DNA from: Chlorokybus atmophyticus
Lineage: Eukaryota > Plantae > Mesostigma and Chlorokybus algae
Length of the DNA stretch: 64,000 bases
NCBI GenBank assembly: GCA_009103225.1
Contig: RHPI01002533.1
Coordinates: forward strand, 1,109,842 to 1,173,841
Direction of reading: 5' to 3'
How positions within the stretch are numbered: the first letter of the stretch is position 1; every line of letters begins with the position of its first letter. A program made the translations under genes and the position numbers. The notes under the pieces were generated by a model. It searched no databases. It had not been told where the DNA came from and saw nothing but the letters and a program-made list of their open reading frames with translations. Positions 42,936 through 54,232 of this stretch are shown here, piece by piece.

Positions 42936-43469
42936 CACGGTAACTGACTAAGGACCGAGGGAGGACTGCCGGGTGCCTGAGCCTGCCTGAGCCTGCCTGA
43001 AATGTTACTTTTGGATTGCTGGGTTTGCCGATGGCCTGAATGGGCTGACGCAGACGACCGTGGGCCGAAAGTGGTTGTCAGTGGCACTGACCGGCCAAGA
43101 GTTGTCAACCCGTTACCCTTTGGTCAATGTGCACAGAGGGTCATTAGCCGGTACTTACGATCAGCTGACAGCAATAGCCGGCAGTTTCTTTGCCGTTACA
43201 CTGCTGTTAATATGTGACCCTTACCGTTTAACAAAAGTTGGCAATTCTTGCCGTAAGCCAACACCAACATGCTATGCAGCTTGTACAAACCTTGAACTGA
43301 TTGTTTGATCTTGCACTTATTAGCCCACAATATATACAATGTACCGGCAGTGGTGAGAGTATGTCCACTTGCAACTGAGCAGCCAACTTGCAAATGAAAC
43401 AACCCTATAATATTGAGTCTAGCTATCGCACACATGCGCAGCTTGTCAACCCGTGGTGCCTGCCTCAAA

Positions 43470-44450
43470 ACTCCTCCTCAACCCCCTCCTTATGTTCCTC
43501 ATCCGACAAGTCTTCTGCTTCAATATCGGAGTCATCTTCATCTGCTGCCTCGCTCGCTAACAGTGCAGCGGCTACTTCGTCCTACAGCTTGAATGTCAGC
43601 GCCGTGCACACGCATGCGCTTGATGGTCGCTTTGAGAGTGACCACCTGCATTTGGTAATGCTGTAAGAGTGGCGTGCTGCTCCAGAGGACTAGCCCATCA
43701 GCATACACATGCTTACCTCGTCTTCCGCTTTATTGCACTCCGCCAGCCAGACAGTCAGCCTGCCGCGCTGCTCTCGGTTCACTCTGACCAACATGGCAAT
43801 CTGCAAGCATACTACTTGATTGCCGCTGAAAACATTAAACTAGGTCATGAATTACCCGTTCGTGGTACTCCGCAGCTTCACTTTTGCGAACTTGTGAGCT
43901 CCGCAAGTAGAAATAGGCTGCATTTGCGAGATGGATCATGCTGTTCATGTGCATGACACTGGAGGCTGTGCATGAGGGTGTGCATGTGGTATTGACAGTG
44001 TTTGTAATGTGCAAGATACTTGAGGCTGTGCATGTGCAAGGTTAAGAACCCTAGCATGTGGCATTAATTGTGCAGCGTAACCCACCCGGGTTATTCCGGT
44101 CTTGTTTGGTCCCTTCAATCATGCCGCCGTGGTCGCAGCTGCTGGTGGGTCGGATGTTTTTTGAAGGCAGTATTGTGGTGTGCCTTTGCCCACTTGGAGG
44201 GGGAGCCCTGTAAAATATCGCCCGAGTCACTGTTGTCATTAGCTGTGCCCTTGGTAGGCATGGTGGGGTTTGACACCAAGGACACCCCACCGGCACCCTG
44301 CCTGCCCTGTGCGAACATGGAATTCATCCCGGACCTCGACCACAATGCCCACTACGCCCTGACAGCGCCGTCAATGATCCACCAAATGCCACATACCCTC
44401 GGCATCACTGCCATGTAAGGGCATAGCTTGGCGGAGCTATCAATGGTGTT
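43470..44450 (-). pseudogene. Putative second accessory gene of the transposon (spliced, coiled-coil/acidic C-terminus), function unknown
   Basis: Exon-like segments bounded by GTAAG/CAG: IAMLVRVNREQRGRLTVWLAECNKAEDE / VVTLKATIKRMRVHG / DEVAAALLASEAADEDDSDIEAEDLSDEEHKEGVEEEF*. The upstream part is decayed and no family was recognised. Confidence 0.35.
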
Positions 44451-44649
44451 TTCATGTGCAGGGACTGGCATTGCCAGCACTTGTCAATGGTACGAACTGC
44501 CATTGCCACTGTACAAAGGTACCATTTCAATGGTATCTTTTGGCAAAGGCATCTTCGTACCTTTGAAACGGTTCAATCAGGATTTATACATAAACTCACC
44601 CTAGACGTGCAATGGCTCGATCGTACCGTAATAATGGTGCGACCAAGCC

Positions 44650-47600
44650 AGTAAATGGCGACCAAGTTTCCCGCCTCTGGCATGCAAGAGTAGCGGTGGC
44701 GGTGGCGGCGGCGGCGGCGGGTGTGCGTGATGCTGGATATGATGCAGGTTACATTGGCGACACCTGTATAGACGTCAGTGAGATATGGGAGTTCTTTGTC
44801 CGTGTTGCCACATGCGCTTCGCCACACGCAGCTCGGTCTACATGCACATTGTTAGCAGCAGGGTGTGCAAGCAAATCAAGCTATATGTCGGCCAGCGTCC
44901 ACAATAATACGATGCGGGTCATGTTGAACCGGGCAGTTCGATCAAGGATGCGCACATACTTGATGCTAAAGGATTCCTCCAGGAGACACACGCACAGCAG
45001 CAACAGGAGCATCCGTAGAAATGACTCCCCAACAGTTCGGCCTTGCCCACAAATCAACTAAAGATCCAGCTATAACTTAATTAGGGATCCATATGCAAAC
45101 AACATATCCATTTTTGCACTCTTTGCGGCTGCAGCCACAACTTTGTTTGGTATCGAGCTGCCATTAAGGTCGGTATCCGTCTTTTCTTGAACTCAATAAT
45201 AGCCACATCCTAAACTAATTTTGGGTTGGATTATGTATGAAGGAGATTAATCTTAATGCGTGATCTAACCAAAAATGTTATGGCCGCAGTTCGCGGCGAG
45301 AAACCAAAAATGCCACAGCACACGGGTTTTTCGTGTCTCAATCACCGAGTTTCAGACCTACGCGGCAGCACCTGTTGGATTAGCAAGCAACATCAGACGA
45401 CCTAATAACCGACTAGCTAGACTACAACGACACGAGACACCCTACAACGTGTTTATCAAGCATATGATCTGACACGGCTGCCTAAAATTGTGTCACATGC
45501 CGCAATGCATGCATCACGCATGCACCAACAGCTGCATGCAACGGCACTACCGGTATATGTATATATACATATATACATACATATATTTATATACATATAT
45601 ATGTATAGCCATACATATAAATATATTTTTGTATACATATATACACCGCGGTAATTACATACATATACCACTTGTATCAAATAGATAAAGGTGAAGGTGG
45701 AGTTTACCACTATAGAGGTGACTTGGGGAGGGAGACTTTGTTCGACTTGCCGTTTTGTCCAATCACAGCGCAAAACTACCGGCAAATGTTTGCATGGCGC
45801 CCTGCGTCACCTGCGCGCGCAAGGTTGGTTGCGGAGTTCTGGTCAAGTCTTTACATGTTTACCTCATGTGCTACCACGGTTTACCAATGATTATACATGC
45901 AAGTCGCAGCCTTCAACTTGCTTGCCCCGCAGCTTGCTACTAGCAGGCCGCGGGGCAAGCCATTAATAGGCCGCGGGGTTGAGCCGGCAATTTTGCAATA
46001 ATGTGGGTGGCGTACAATCATTATGGTTTGTAACAATGGAAGGATCAATCTTAGCGTTCCGAGTTGTTAAGTATGAAGTCTTGTATCGTTGATGGAACCG
46101 GTCACAGTTTCAATGATAATGTGTACAGCTTTAGCATGCAACATGAATGCATTATACTGTTATCGTCGAGTCCTCAATTGCGTTCGGGAGTAAAGACACT
46201 GTTAACGAATTGGTCACAATTGTAATTGCGATTCATACAAGTCTTTCTCACGGCCTGAACCCTTCATTACGTAAACACCGAATCCTTAGCATTGTTGGGG
46301 ATCCGATACTTACGATAGTCACCGGCGGATTGCCATTTGTCACAGGTCGCAATAAAATTCCGGCTGCGGCTACAACATATATACGGATCCTTCATAAACT
46401 TTGCACAATCCGCAAATAATGTCCAACTTCGTCCATTACAAAGTTGCGGATCCAGCCTGATTTGCCGAAACCCATTTCTACCGGTGGAGGAGGAGGAATT
46501 GAACGAGGGCTTTCGATGTGTGCGTGTGCCTGAGAAACCTGTGGCACGCCAACATGGAAGTGGAGGCGTCCCTTCGCAAGCGTCGGAATCCAGATGGTAT
46601 GGCTCGGAACATGCGCTGCAGTGGCAATCGTGCAGTGCAACAACGGCCAAGGCTTTTCGGCCTCCAACATGGGGCGGTTTATTAAGTGCATCCGAAATGT
46701 ACATTTCCTAACGGAAGAGCTCTAATGGGAGACCGGTGTGCATGTGGCCAGCTACCTCCGGACCACCATTGCTTTCTCTCAGTCTGAGGTGTGTTCACAG
46801 TGTGCGGTGCATGTGCTTCAACAATCAGAGCCATGCCACATATGCACACATGCGAGTGTGCTGCCGTATCAGAACTACGTGACGGCTGACCTGCGCAAGC
46901 CTGGAGACCCTGAGGATCAGGACATCAGCGTCACATATATGCCGGCCAAGGTCTGTAACATGCAGTACCTAATGCAGTATTGATGCGGTATCTATTTTGA
47001 GGCCAACATGCCTGTTGATGCTCTTGGTCGGAGCAGGTATGGCTCGCGCGGTTGCATGGCAATCCACATGCCGCCAATGGCTTCAATCTCCAGTAGTGGT
47101 GACGAGCACAGCTTTGACCATCCTTCCACGGGCGATCGGTGGAAGGATGTGGAGGTGGATTTGAGGAGAGAGGTGGGGGAAGCATCCTACTTGCCGCTTG
47201 CCATTCTGTACAGTGACAAGACCACGCTAGATAGCGCGGGTAAGCGCTGTGGCTACCCTCTGATGGCATCACTTGCCAACTACAGTTGGAACATGTATGC
47301 TAGCAACATGGGGGTTGTTATGATAGCGCTTCTGCCGGATTCACGCAGTGGCCGGGCATCCCACCTGGGTGCAGGGCAAGGAATCGATTCTCCATTCAAA
47401 AACGTGAGATGTTTCATGACGCTTTGAATGTAGTGTTAAGGGATGTGAAGCGGGCGAGTTGGCAAGGTCTGCAGCTCATCGACCCGAATGGCATCGAGCG
47501 TCGTGTGTTTCCCGCGCTTGCCAACTACATCAGCAATTTGCAGGTAGTGGGCATGCATGGTTGTAACCGGATGCAGCCTGCCAGCAAACAGTGCATGGCG

Positions 47601-49385
47601 GATGTTGTCAGTAGAGCATCTGAGTTTGTCGTGTTGTAGGAGACTGCCACACTCGCACGCACTGTGTCGGGCAACCAAATACGACATCCTTACAATGTTT
47701 GTCTCATCACCAAATCAGATCTGTTGGGTATGGATGAGGACCGGGAATTGAGAACCGAGGCCTTCTACACACCAGTAATTCGTCAGCTGCGGGCGGACCT
47801 GCATAGCGGTGTTAGAAATGCACGCCAGACAGCCAAGGCTTTCAAAGAGCAGCACTCCATGCATGTCGAGGAGGTAATGGTCAAATTACCGGCATTCGTA
47901 AGGATGAATGGCTTTCCGTAAAACCAGGCAATGTGGTTTGGCAACAGAATGCACTGTGGGGTTGGCGACAGTTGCGGGTGCCGGGAGCTGACTGCTACTC
48001 TCGTCTTGCCCCTGACGCAATGCATGTGCTGGGAGGCATTATTGACCACCTGCTTGCTGCTGTGTACGACGCTGCAAAGGAACGAATGCGTCCATCCACG
48101 AGACTAATTCTGCAAGCCAGGCACGTCTTTGGTGTTGCTTTTGTGTTGAACACAAAAGCCGACGACACGTGCTCACAAGCAGATGTGCACAGGCTGAATT
48201 CATGCAAGGCGACTTTACGGGGTTTCGCACTTTAAGGCACCCACAAGCACAGTAGATTTCTTCCTATCCGACCACTACGTTCAGGTGGTGGAGAAAGTGG
48301 CGGTGCTGCAGCTGCTGCCGGTCCTTACAGACGGTTTGCTGCTCGACAGTTAGGGCAACGATTTCTTCACCATTGCTGCCGCATCGCTTGCTCAATGGAA
48401 CAAGAAGTTGCTCAAGGCGCATGAACACGCAAGAGAGACCCTGACCACAGCCGACAACGAGCTGGCTGCCTTCATAGTTGCAGTGTTGCACCCGCTACTG
48501 TCGTCATATTCTGCAGAGAAGTCAGGTTGGAAGATCGAAAAGATGCATCAGCTCACTCATTTTGGGCCGGCAATTGTCAGCAGTGAACACCCAGATTGGT
48601 TTAGCGCCAACCGCATGGAGCAGACGCACGCCCAAAATATCAGACGGTGGGCGCGTGGTGGCAACAACCGGGACCACCAGGTGCGTATCCTGAAGGCATG
48701 GAGCTGTGCGGAATATGTGAGAGAGGATGGCATGGTCGTGGATCCTGAGATGCGCTCGGTCATGGCGCAGGCGCGGCAGCAGTGTTGTAATGTAATGGAG
48801 AAGACGGACAAGTTGCTACGCATGGATGTGCTGACAAGGAGGGAGTCCAGCTGGTACTGGAGCGGATCTGCACGTAGCCATCAAATCGCTCTGAAGACTC
48901 CATTCGCCGACAAGCTGCCTGCCACCATGGACAGCTGGTTGAAGAGGGAACAGCTGGAGTTGGCCGATGGGTGGCGTGCTGTTCGCGTTGTGAACGGAGC
49001 AGCGGTGTACATGACATCAAGAGTTTGCATGGCGCGCGCAATTGGGATGTTCCATGGGCGGCCTTGGTTCTCTACACTTGAGTTGGAAGGTGATGAGGAC
49101 GGTGTGAACGTAACGTGGTGGGCTCAGGCACTCCTTTTTTTGTGCGTGGTCGTGTGGGGTGGTAGCGGCGAGCGCGTGTGGAAGGAAGTCGTGTTTGTTC
49201 GCTGGTACACGCAGCTGGATGTGACGAGCGACACAAAGTGCATTGCTCTGGAATGGGAAAAGCGTTGAGGGGGTCCACATCTCGATGTTGTGACTCTGGA
49301 GCAAGTAAAAGGCATTGTCCAGCAGAACAGCGCCCGTGTACAGTAAGGCAAGTATTGGGTGAACGTTCACGGCACTGCCACGTGA
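44650..49385 (+). pseudogene. Plavaka-type transposase (intron-containing), disrupted by stops, frameshifts and a 1.5 kb insertion
   Basis: N-terminal zinc finger CPCCHMRFATRSSVYMHIVSSRVC (~44795-44865). Core HPSTGDRW..LAILYSDKTTLD..G...YPLMASLAN; REMFHDALNVVL..DPNGIERRVFPALANYISNLQE; RLAPDAMHVLGGIIDHLL; KIEKMHQLTHFG..DWFSANRMEQTHA; C-terminal RAIGMFHGRPWF..VRWY..KYWVN. The pattern matches the Plavaka transposase family as recalled. Confidence 0.8.
45010..46486. mobile_element. Non-autonomous CACTA-like element (1477 bp) inserted in the transposase gene
   Basis: TIRs CATCCGTAGAAATG / CATTTCTACCGGTG (12/14 match). Perfect 3-bp TSD GAG at 45007-45009 and 46487-46489. No internal ORF; contains a TA microsatellite. 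Confidence 0.88.
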
Positions 49386-49622
49386 CACATGTACATGTCT
49401 CACTACTCTGAGTTTGGAGCATATCATTTAATTAGGCATTGTTAATCGTATGCTAAGACTTTTGCATGTGGACGTATACAATATCGGGCAGCTATAACTG
49501 CACAACTGTCACCACAATCGAATGTGCCATGCAACATTTAACAATCAGTCCGCCGTGTGGCATTAAGCATCAATACAATGCACCACACTCAAGCCTCATG
49601 GTTCCATGACACAAGAGGGTAG

Positions 49623-51298
49623 TCACAGCGCATATCCATTTGTTTCAAGCATGAGACGCCCTATGCACTCCGCCATTGCGGGAGGAATTGCATTTGCTAT
49701 CGTAACGGCCGAGAGAGCTCATCCATGGCACTCCCAGCGCTGTTTGCCATGCAGCAATGCCGCCCCTAGTGCTTGAAAGGCCATAAACCGGGTACATTTG
49801 CTGTGGCGCATTTATTGTCACGATTGTCGTCTTTGCGCTAGCGGACAGGTGCGGCATTAGCAGTCCAACCGCCTTGCCCACGTGCGAGCAGCGTGCTGGT
49901 GGGGTAGCTACCACTGGCTGTGTCTCAAACAGACGGTGTCGGAAAGTTGGTAGGCCAAACATCGTGCCACAAAGGGATAGATTGGGTCTGAGTAAGGAAG
50001 CTGCTCCTATCATATTCTCAATCACAACCTTGACCTGCTTGCAAGCAGCAGATTTTAAACGGTATCATATCTTGATGTCTCATGGATGTGCCATGTGCCG
50101 CCCGTAGAGGTGCCGGGAGCACCTGAATAGCACTGGCATGGTGGAATGGCCCATATGAGCTCGTACTCGCTCAGCTCTCCTGCACTTAGGGTGCATACAT
50201 CGCAGTGTATGAAGGGCAGCGGGTACTTAAAGAAGGGACTTATGTCCATCCCGGTCACGTCAAAGCCTGCGTGATATAGACCGACACTACCACCGCAACC
50301 GCCGCAGAATAGGTCGTGTGCGTCAAAGCTTGTTGTTAAATGGCGTGTATGTGGTCAAGGCTAGCCCTGGTGTTGACCACGGATTAACAATGATGCCGTC
50401 CGGGCTTACTTTGCAACTGACATTCTCCCCTTCGTCGCGCAGAACATGGCGTGCCACGTTAACTGATGTGTACGCGAATACATTGTGCCCTTTGAAGTTG
50501 ATGGTTCGTGGTCGATCACCGTCATCGAATACGATACAATGCTGCCCTGCAAAGACACTTTCCATTGCACCATGCATGTTTAATCAGTCCTCAATCTCGC
50601 ACGCCACAAAGCGATGCTGACCTGACGCTTGCTTGAATGATTCCACAACGCCCGCATACCATTCCCCATCCAGCGGCCAATACACCATAACACTCACACC
50701 GATCAGCTGCTCGCATCCCAACTTAATTGCGTTCCGCATCCGATGCAGTGCGCTGTCCAACGGTCGATGGTCTGCCTCCTCTACAGCGGTCAGGGGATGG
50801 AACTGCCCACGCCCACACCGTGGAAGACTGCTCTGAATACGACAACAGCTTCAACATGCATGAAATAAGCATACGCTTAACATAACATGCAGTGATACGT
50901 CGCGGTTCACTCTGTCGAATTACCTCCACAGCAGCCACCACCTGTCCACTAACCACATGTCCCGGTGTTGTTCATGTGAAGAAGCGCATGGGTTCCCCTT
51001 GCCACTTAAAGTATAAGTGCGAGCACGATTCGCACACGCACTGCACGCAATGGAGAAACTCGGGTTTCTTGCACAGCACTTTGCCGAGGCGGCAACCAAA
51101 CACGTCGACATTGTGTGTGGTGTGATGCCAGCAAGCAGCACTTAAATGGTGGCACACTGTCTGCACTCGCTGGCATTCGGTCAAGTGTGCTCGCATTTGC
51201 TGCCTACGGCCATTGGCACATACGTACGCATTGCATTGTGGGCACACCAAGCACGGTCTCCTAGGTGAGGGGGGTTCAACTGCTGCCGCCGACATCAT
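49623..51298 (-). pseudogene. Transposon cargo gene: Cys/His zinc finger - Tudor domain - compact bacterial/phage-type DNA (cytosine-5) methyltransferase; 3 exons; frameshifted
   Basis: Exon 1 51298-50924 (Cys-rich, one in-frame TGA). Intron 50923-50833. Exon 2 50832-50622. Intron 50621-50547. Exon 3 50546-49623. Splicing reconstitutes the Tudor sequence LIGVSVMVYWPLDGEWYAGVVESFKQASG|QHCIVFDDGD. MTase motifs follow: I DLFCGGCGGSVGLYHAGFDVTGMDI (50315 downward), IV IWAIPPCQCYS, VI VVIENM, LCGTMFGL..RHRLFE (VIII), ALGVPWM, X ANAIPPAMAECIGRLM. About four frameshifts. Confidence 0.85.
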
Positions 51299-52028
51299 GC
51301 AAAATAGGAATCGGCACGGCTGCCCACAAACTGAGCGAGACTTTAGGGTATGGGCATCAATTTAGGGTTGCCAGCTTACGAACCCTATATGGGTCACACT
51401 TCAAGTGAAGCACGACTGTAACATGGACGCTATTGCAGTACCATGCATGGTACTACATCAACATGAATGGTACTCCATTTGTTAGTGGTACTACAGTGCA
51501 AGGATACTCGCATACTACCACGATCGTAGAGTAATACTGTGCTGTCATTTCACGGAACCCAAATGGCTGTCCGAGTTTGTTGCTGTCAACCACGCTGAGA
51601 ACCAGCGAGATATGCAAGCCATGCAGTGACTCATGCGCCAGGCAGTCATCATACACATGTACAGCCAATGCTTCTGACAGCAGCAGAGTTTGGGTGCACC
51701 ATGCACCATGCTGCAACTATACATGTACCTATATAGTTCACAGGAAGCCAACGTAAAACTACAATACATGCACAATTGTCATCAAGGCGGGGGCCAAATC
51801 ACCGCCGCCACGTTGGCGTCTTGCATCGGGCGTGGCGACCGAAACGGGTGAGGTTGCGTGCAGAAGGGACCTGTTTGAAGATTTTTTGATTTATTTGCCA
51901 CGGTCTTCTGATGTGCTATAATGCAGATATGGCACATCGCTTTCTTGCAACAGGGCGTCTCCCCATCCGCTGGGGGGGTGGGCTCTTCAATGCAACAAAT
52001 CAGCACACATGGTGCACGCGGGTGTGCA

Positions 52029-52778
52029 AGTTGTCGGGCTGAGGGGAGTCGAGGGTCACACTGACTCGGGCCGCTACAGCAAGAGACATGCTTGCTAGCC
52101 CTGTCGCCGCAACATGTTATAACATGTAGCAAAAGTAACAGATGGCAATGAGTGCTTGGTGGAGCTGCTCCGCTGTCGCTGACTCACACGGACATGTGGA
52201 GGCGGTGTCCTCTTTAATGTACATGCTGTGCTGTAGGACACACAATCAACAAGCCACTACTATGAGTAGTGCTGTTTACACAGTTCTTTGCATGAGCGGA
52301 AAATGTATTACACTGTTAAGTGAGGTAAATGAGCAAGCAACATGTGGATACTATGCCCTGACTGATGCCAACAAACACACTGCAACTAGGCACACCAAGC
52401 TCACAGCGATGACAAGCACAATGCACACACGAGCATGCACAGGCTCTCACACAGTGAGGGAGATCTTGGTAACCGGGATGGCGTGTTCGCAGCTCAAGTC
52501 GTTTTACAAGCTTTTAGCTTTCTCATTCACAGTGTCACCAGCTGATACGGTGAACACTGTGACTACTTATAAGTTATTTTATGATTGTTTAGAACATAAG
52601 CTAACGGTCATATCGAGGCTATTTTCACAGCGATCGTCTCTTGATATATAACACAACTTATAACTGAACTCAGAACTGAACAGCTACGCGCGGTGCCTAT
52701 GTAGGCTATGGTCGTGAGCTACTCTAAAGCCATGGCTTAGCTCCTGGTCCGTGACGCGCGCGCGCTGGTATGCTGGTA
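52029..52778 (-). repeat. Inverted, 5'-truncated solo-LTR-like copy of the Gypsy LTR at 3227-4297, nested inside the DNA transposon
   Basis: The reverse complement aligns by eye with 3531-4300 (e.g. CCATAGCCTACATAGGCACCGCGCGTAGCTG, GTGTAAACAGCACTAC..TAGTAGTGGCTTGTTGA, GTGACCCTCGACTCCCCTC..CCCGACAACT). Clearly diverged. Confidence 0.85.
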
Positions 52779-52896
52779 GGTAACTAACAAAAGCCTGTTA
52801 ATTAGCCATAGTCAACTGTTAAAGACTAAATAGTAACGGAAAGGGCCAGATAGTAACGGAAGCTACTATTAGGTCCCTGTATCCAGATTACCGGTG

Positions 52897-53219
52897 GACT
52901 GAGCCACGACAGGCTGCATTCGTCCTCATGTCCACGGCCGTTGCCATTATTTGGTCGGCCGGCAGGGGGGAAACATATTGCGACGTACCCGTCAGTGTTC
53001 GCCGACTCGTACCCAACCTTGCGGCGCTGGGTGTACAGATTGCAGGGCGCTGCAGACGGCGCAAACGGCGGCGATGACGACCCACGGCATTGACTGATTC
53101 AATGCGGCAGCGCGGCCCTACGATATTACGCGCCGACGTGGCGCGGCCGCAATCGGTGCTGAAACCTGGCTGACGGCAATCCCCCTATGGCCAGCCCTAC
53201 GCATGCCACTTGTCACAGC
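52897..53219 (+). mobile_element. CRE-like retrotransposon, middle fragment (post-RT region)
   Basis: Translation RRRGAAAIGAETWLTAIPLWPALRMP matches the GA.AWL.A+P...L.M motif that precedes the CCHC knuckle in RLE-type elements. Confidence 0.6.
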
Positions 53220-53559
53220 CCACTCGACCACAAAAGACTTGGTGCTTTTATGGTCGATTGATGGTAACTTAATGTACCTTCCCGTTACATTCCCCGCCAC
53301 TCAACAACGCTGACGTCCTCGGCAGCTGCGTATGCTCAGCTGGGGAATTATCCCAAGGGTTTGTTAGGTCGGTCACCGGCCCCACGGTCAAGGACCGGCC
53401 AACTTAGGCCCATACCGGTAAACGCGCGCATAGCGCACCGCTGCCGGCCCCACAGGTCGCATCGCGACAGGCAGGTTGCGCCCTGCCGCGCCGACTGAAC
53501 GCCGGCACGACTGCCATTATGCAAGTCGCAACCCATCGATGATGGCACTCATCAAGTGA

Positions 53560-54232
53560 AAACTTACGTGAGACAATTGAGGCAGCCGCTGCAAAGGGTA
53601 TAATTACAAACGCAATGCAGAGTGCTCAGTGTCGTCGTAATCTAGCCGGTAAATGTGTAGGTCGTATGCTGTTGCTTGCTAATCCATCACGTTCTTCTGC
53701 GCAGGTTCAAAACTCGGCGATGGAGACACAAACAGCCATGTGCGGTGGTTGTTTTGGTTTTTCGCCGCGAACTGCGGCCATAACATTTCTGATTACATCA
53801 CGCATTAAGACTAAACCCCTTAATACATGATCTAACCCAAAATTAATGTAGGATATGGCCATTATTAAGTTCAAGAAAAGACGGATGTCGAACTTAATGC
53901 ACACCAGCTAATTGACCTTAATGGAAGCTCAATACCAAACAAAGTTGTGGCTGCAGCAGCAAAAAGTGTAAGCCCCTTAATACATGATCTAACCCAAGAT
54001 TAGTGTAGGATATGGCCATTATTAAGTTCAAGAAAAGACGGATACCGAACTTGATGCACACCAGATAGTTGACCTTAATGACAGCTTGATACCAAACAAA
54101 GTTGTGGCTGCAGCAGTAAAAAGTGCAAAAATGGATATGTTGCTTGCATATGGATCCCTAACCAAGTTATAGCTAGATCTCCATTTAAATTGTGGGCAAG
54201 GCCGAACTGTTGGGGGGCCATTTCTACCGGTG
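53560..54232 (-). mobile_element. Second, inverted copy of the non-autonomous CACTA-like family (one end only) with an internal 157-bp tandem duplication
   Basis: The reverse complement matches 45010-~45495 starting from the TIR CACCGGTAGAAATG. Tandem units at 53816-53972 and 53973-~54126. The other end was not located. Confidence 0.82.

Larger units (their letters stand above)
42936..52896. mobile_element. ~10 kb CACTA/CMC-superfamily (Plavaka-type) DNA transposon with cargo genes, inserted into the CRE-like element
   Basis: Imperfect ~25 bp TIRs: CAC-GGTAACTGACTAAGGACC on the left vs CACCGGTAATCTGGATACAGGGACC (reverse complement of the right end). Inverted subterminal CCGTTAC motifs (left ~43110 and ~43192; right ~52833 and ~52851). 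CRE-like coding sequence stops at the left end and resumes after the right end. Contains a Plavaka transposase. No matching TSD was seen (TTA vs GAC). Confidence 0.72.

Noticed and set aside
53816-54126. 157-bp tandem repeat considered as a CRISPR-like or satellite array
   Set aside because: Only two units, no spacer structure, and it lies within a CACTA-derivative subterminal region of a eukaryote.
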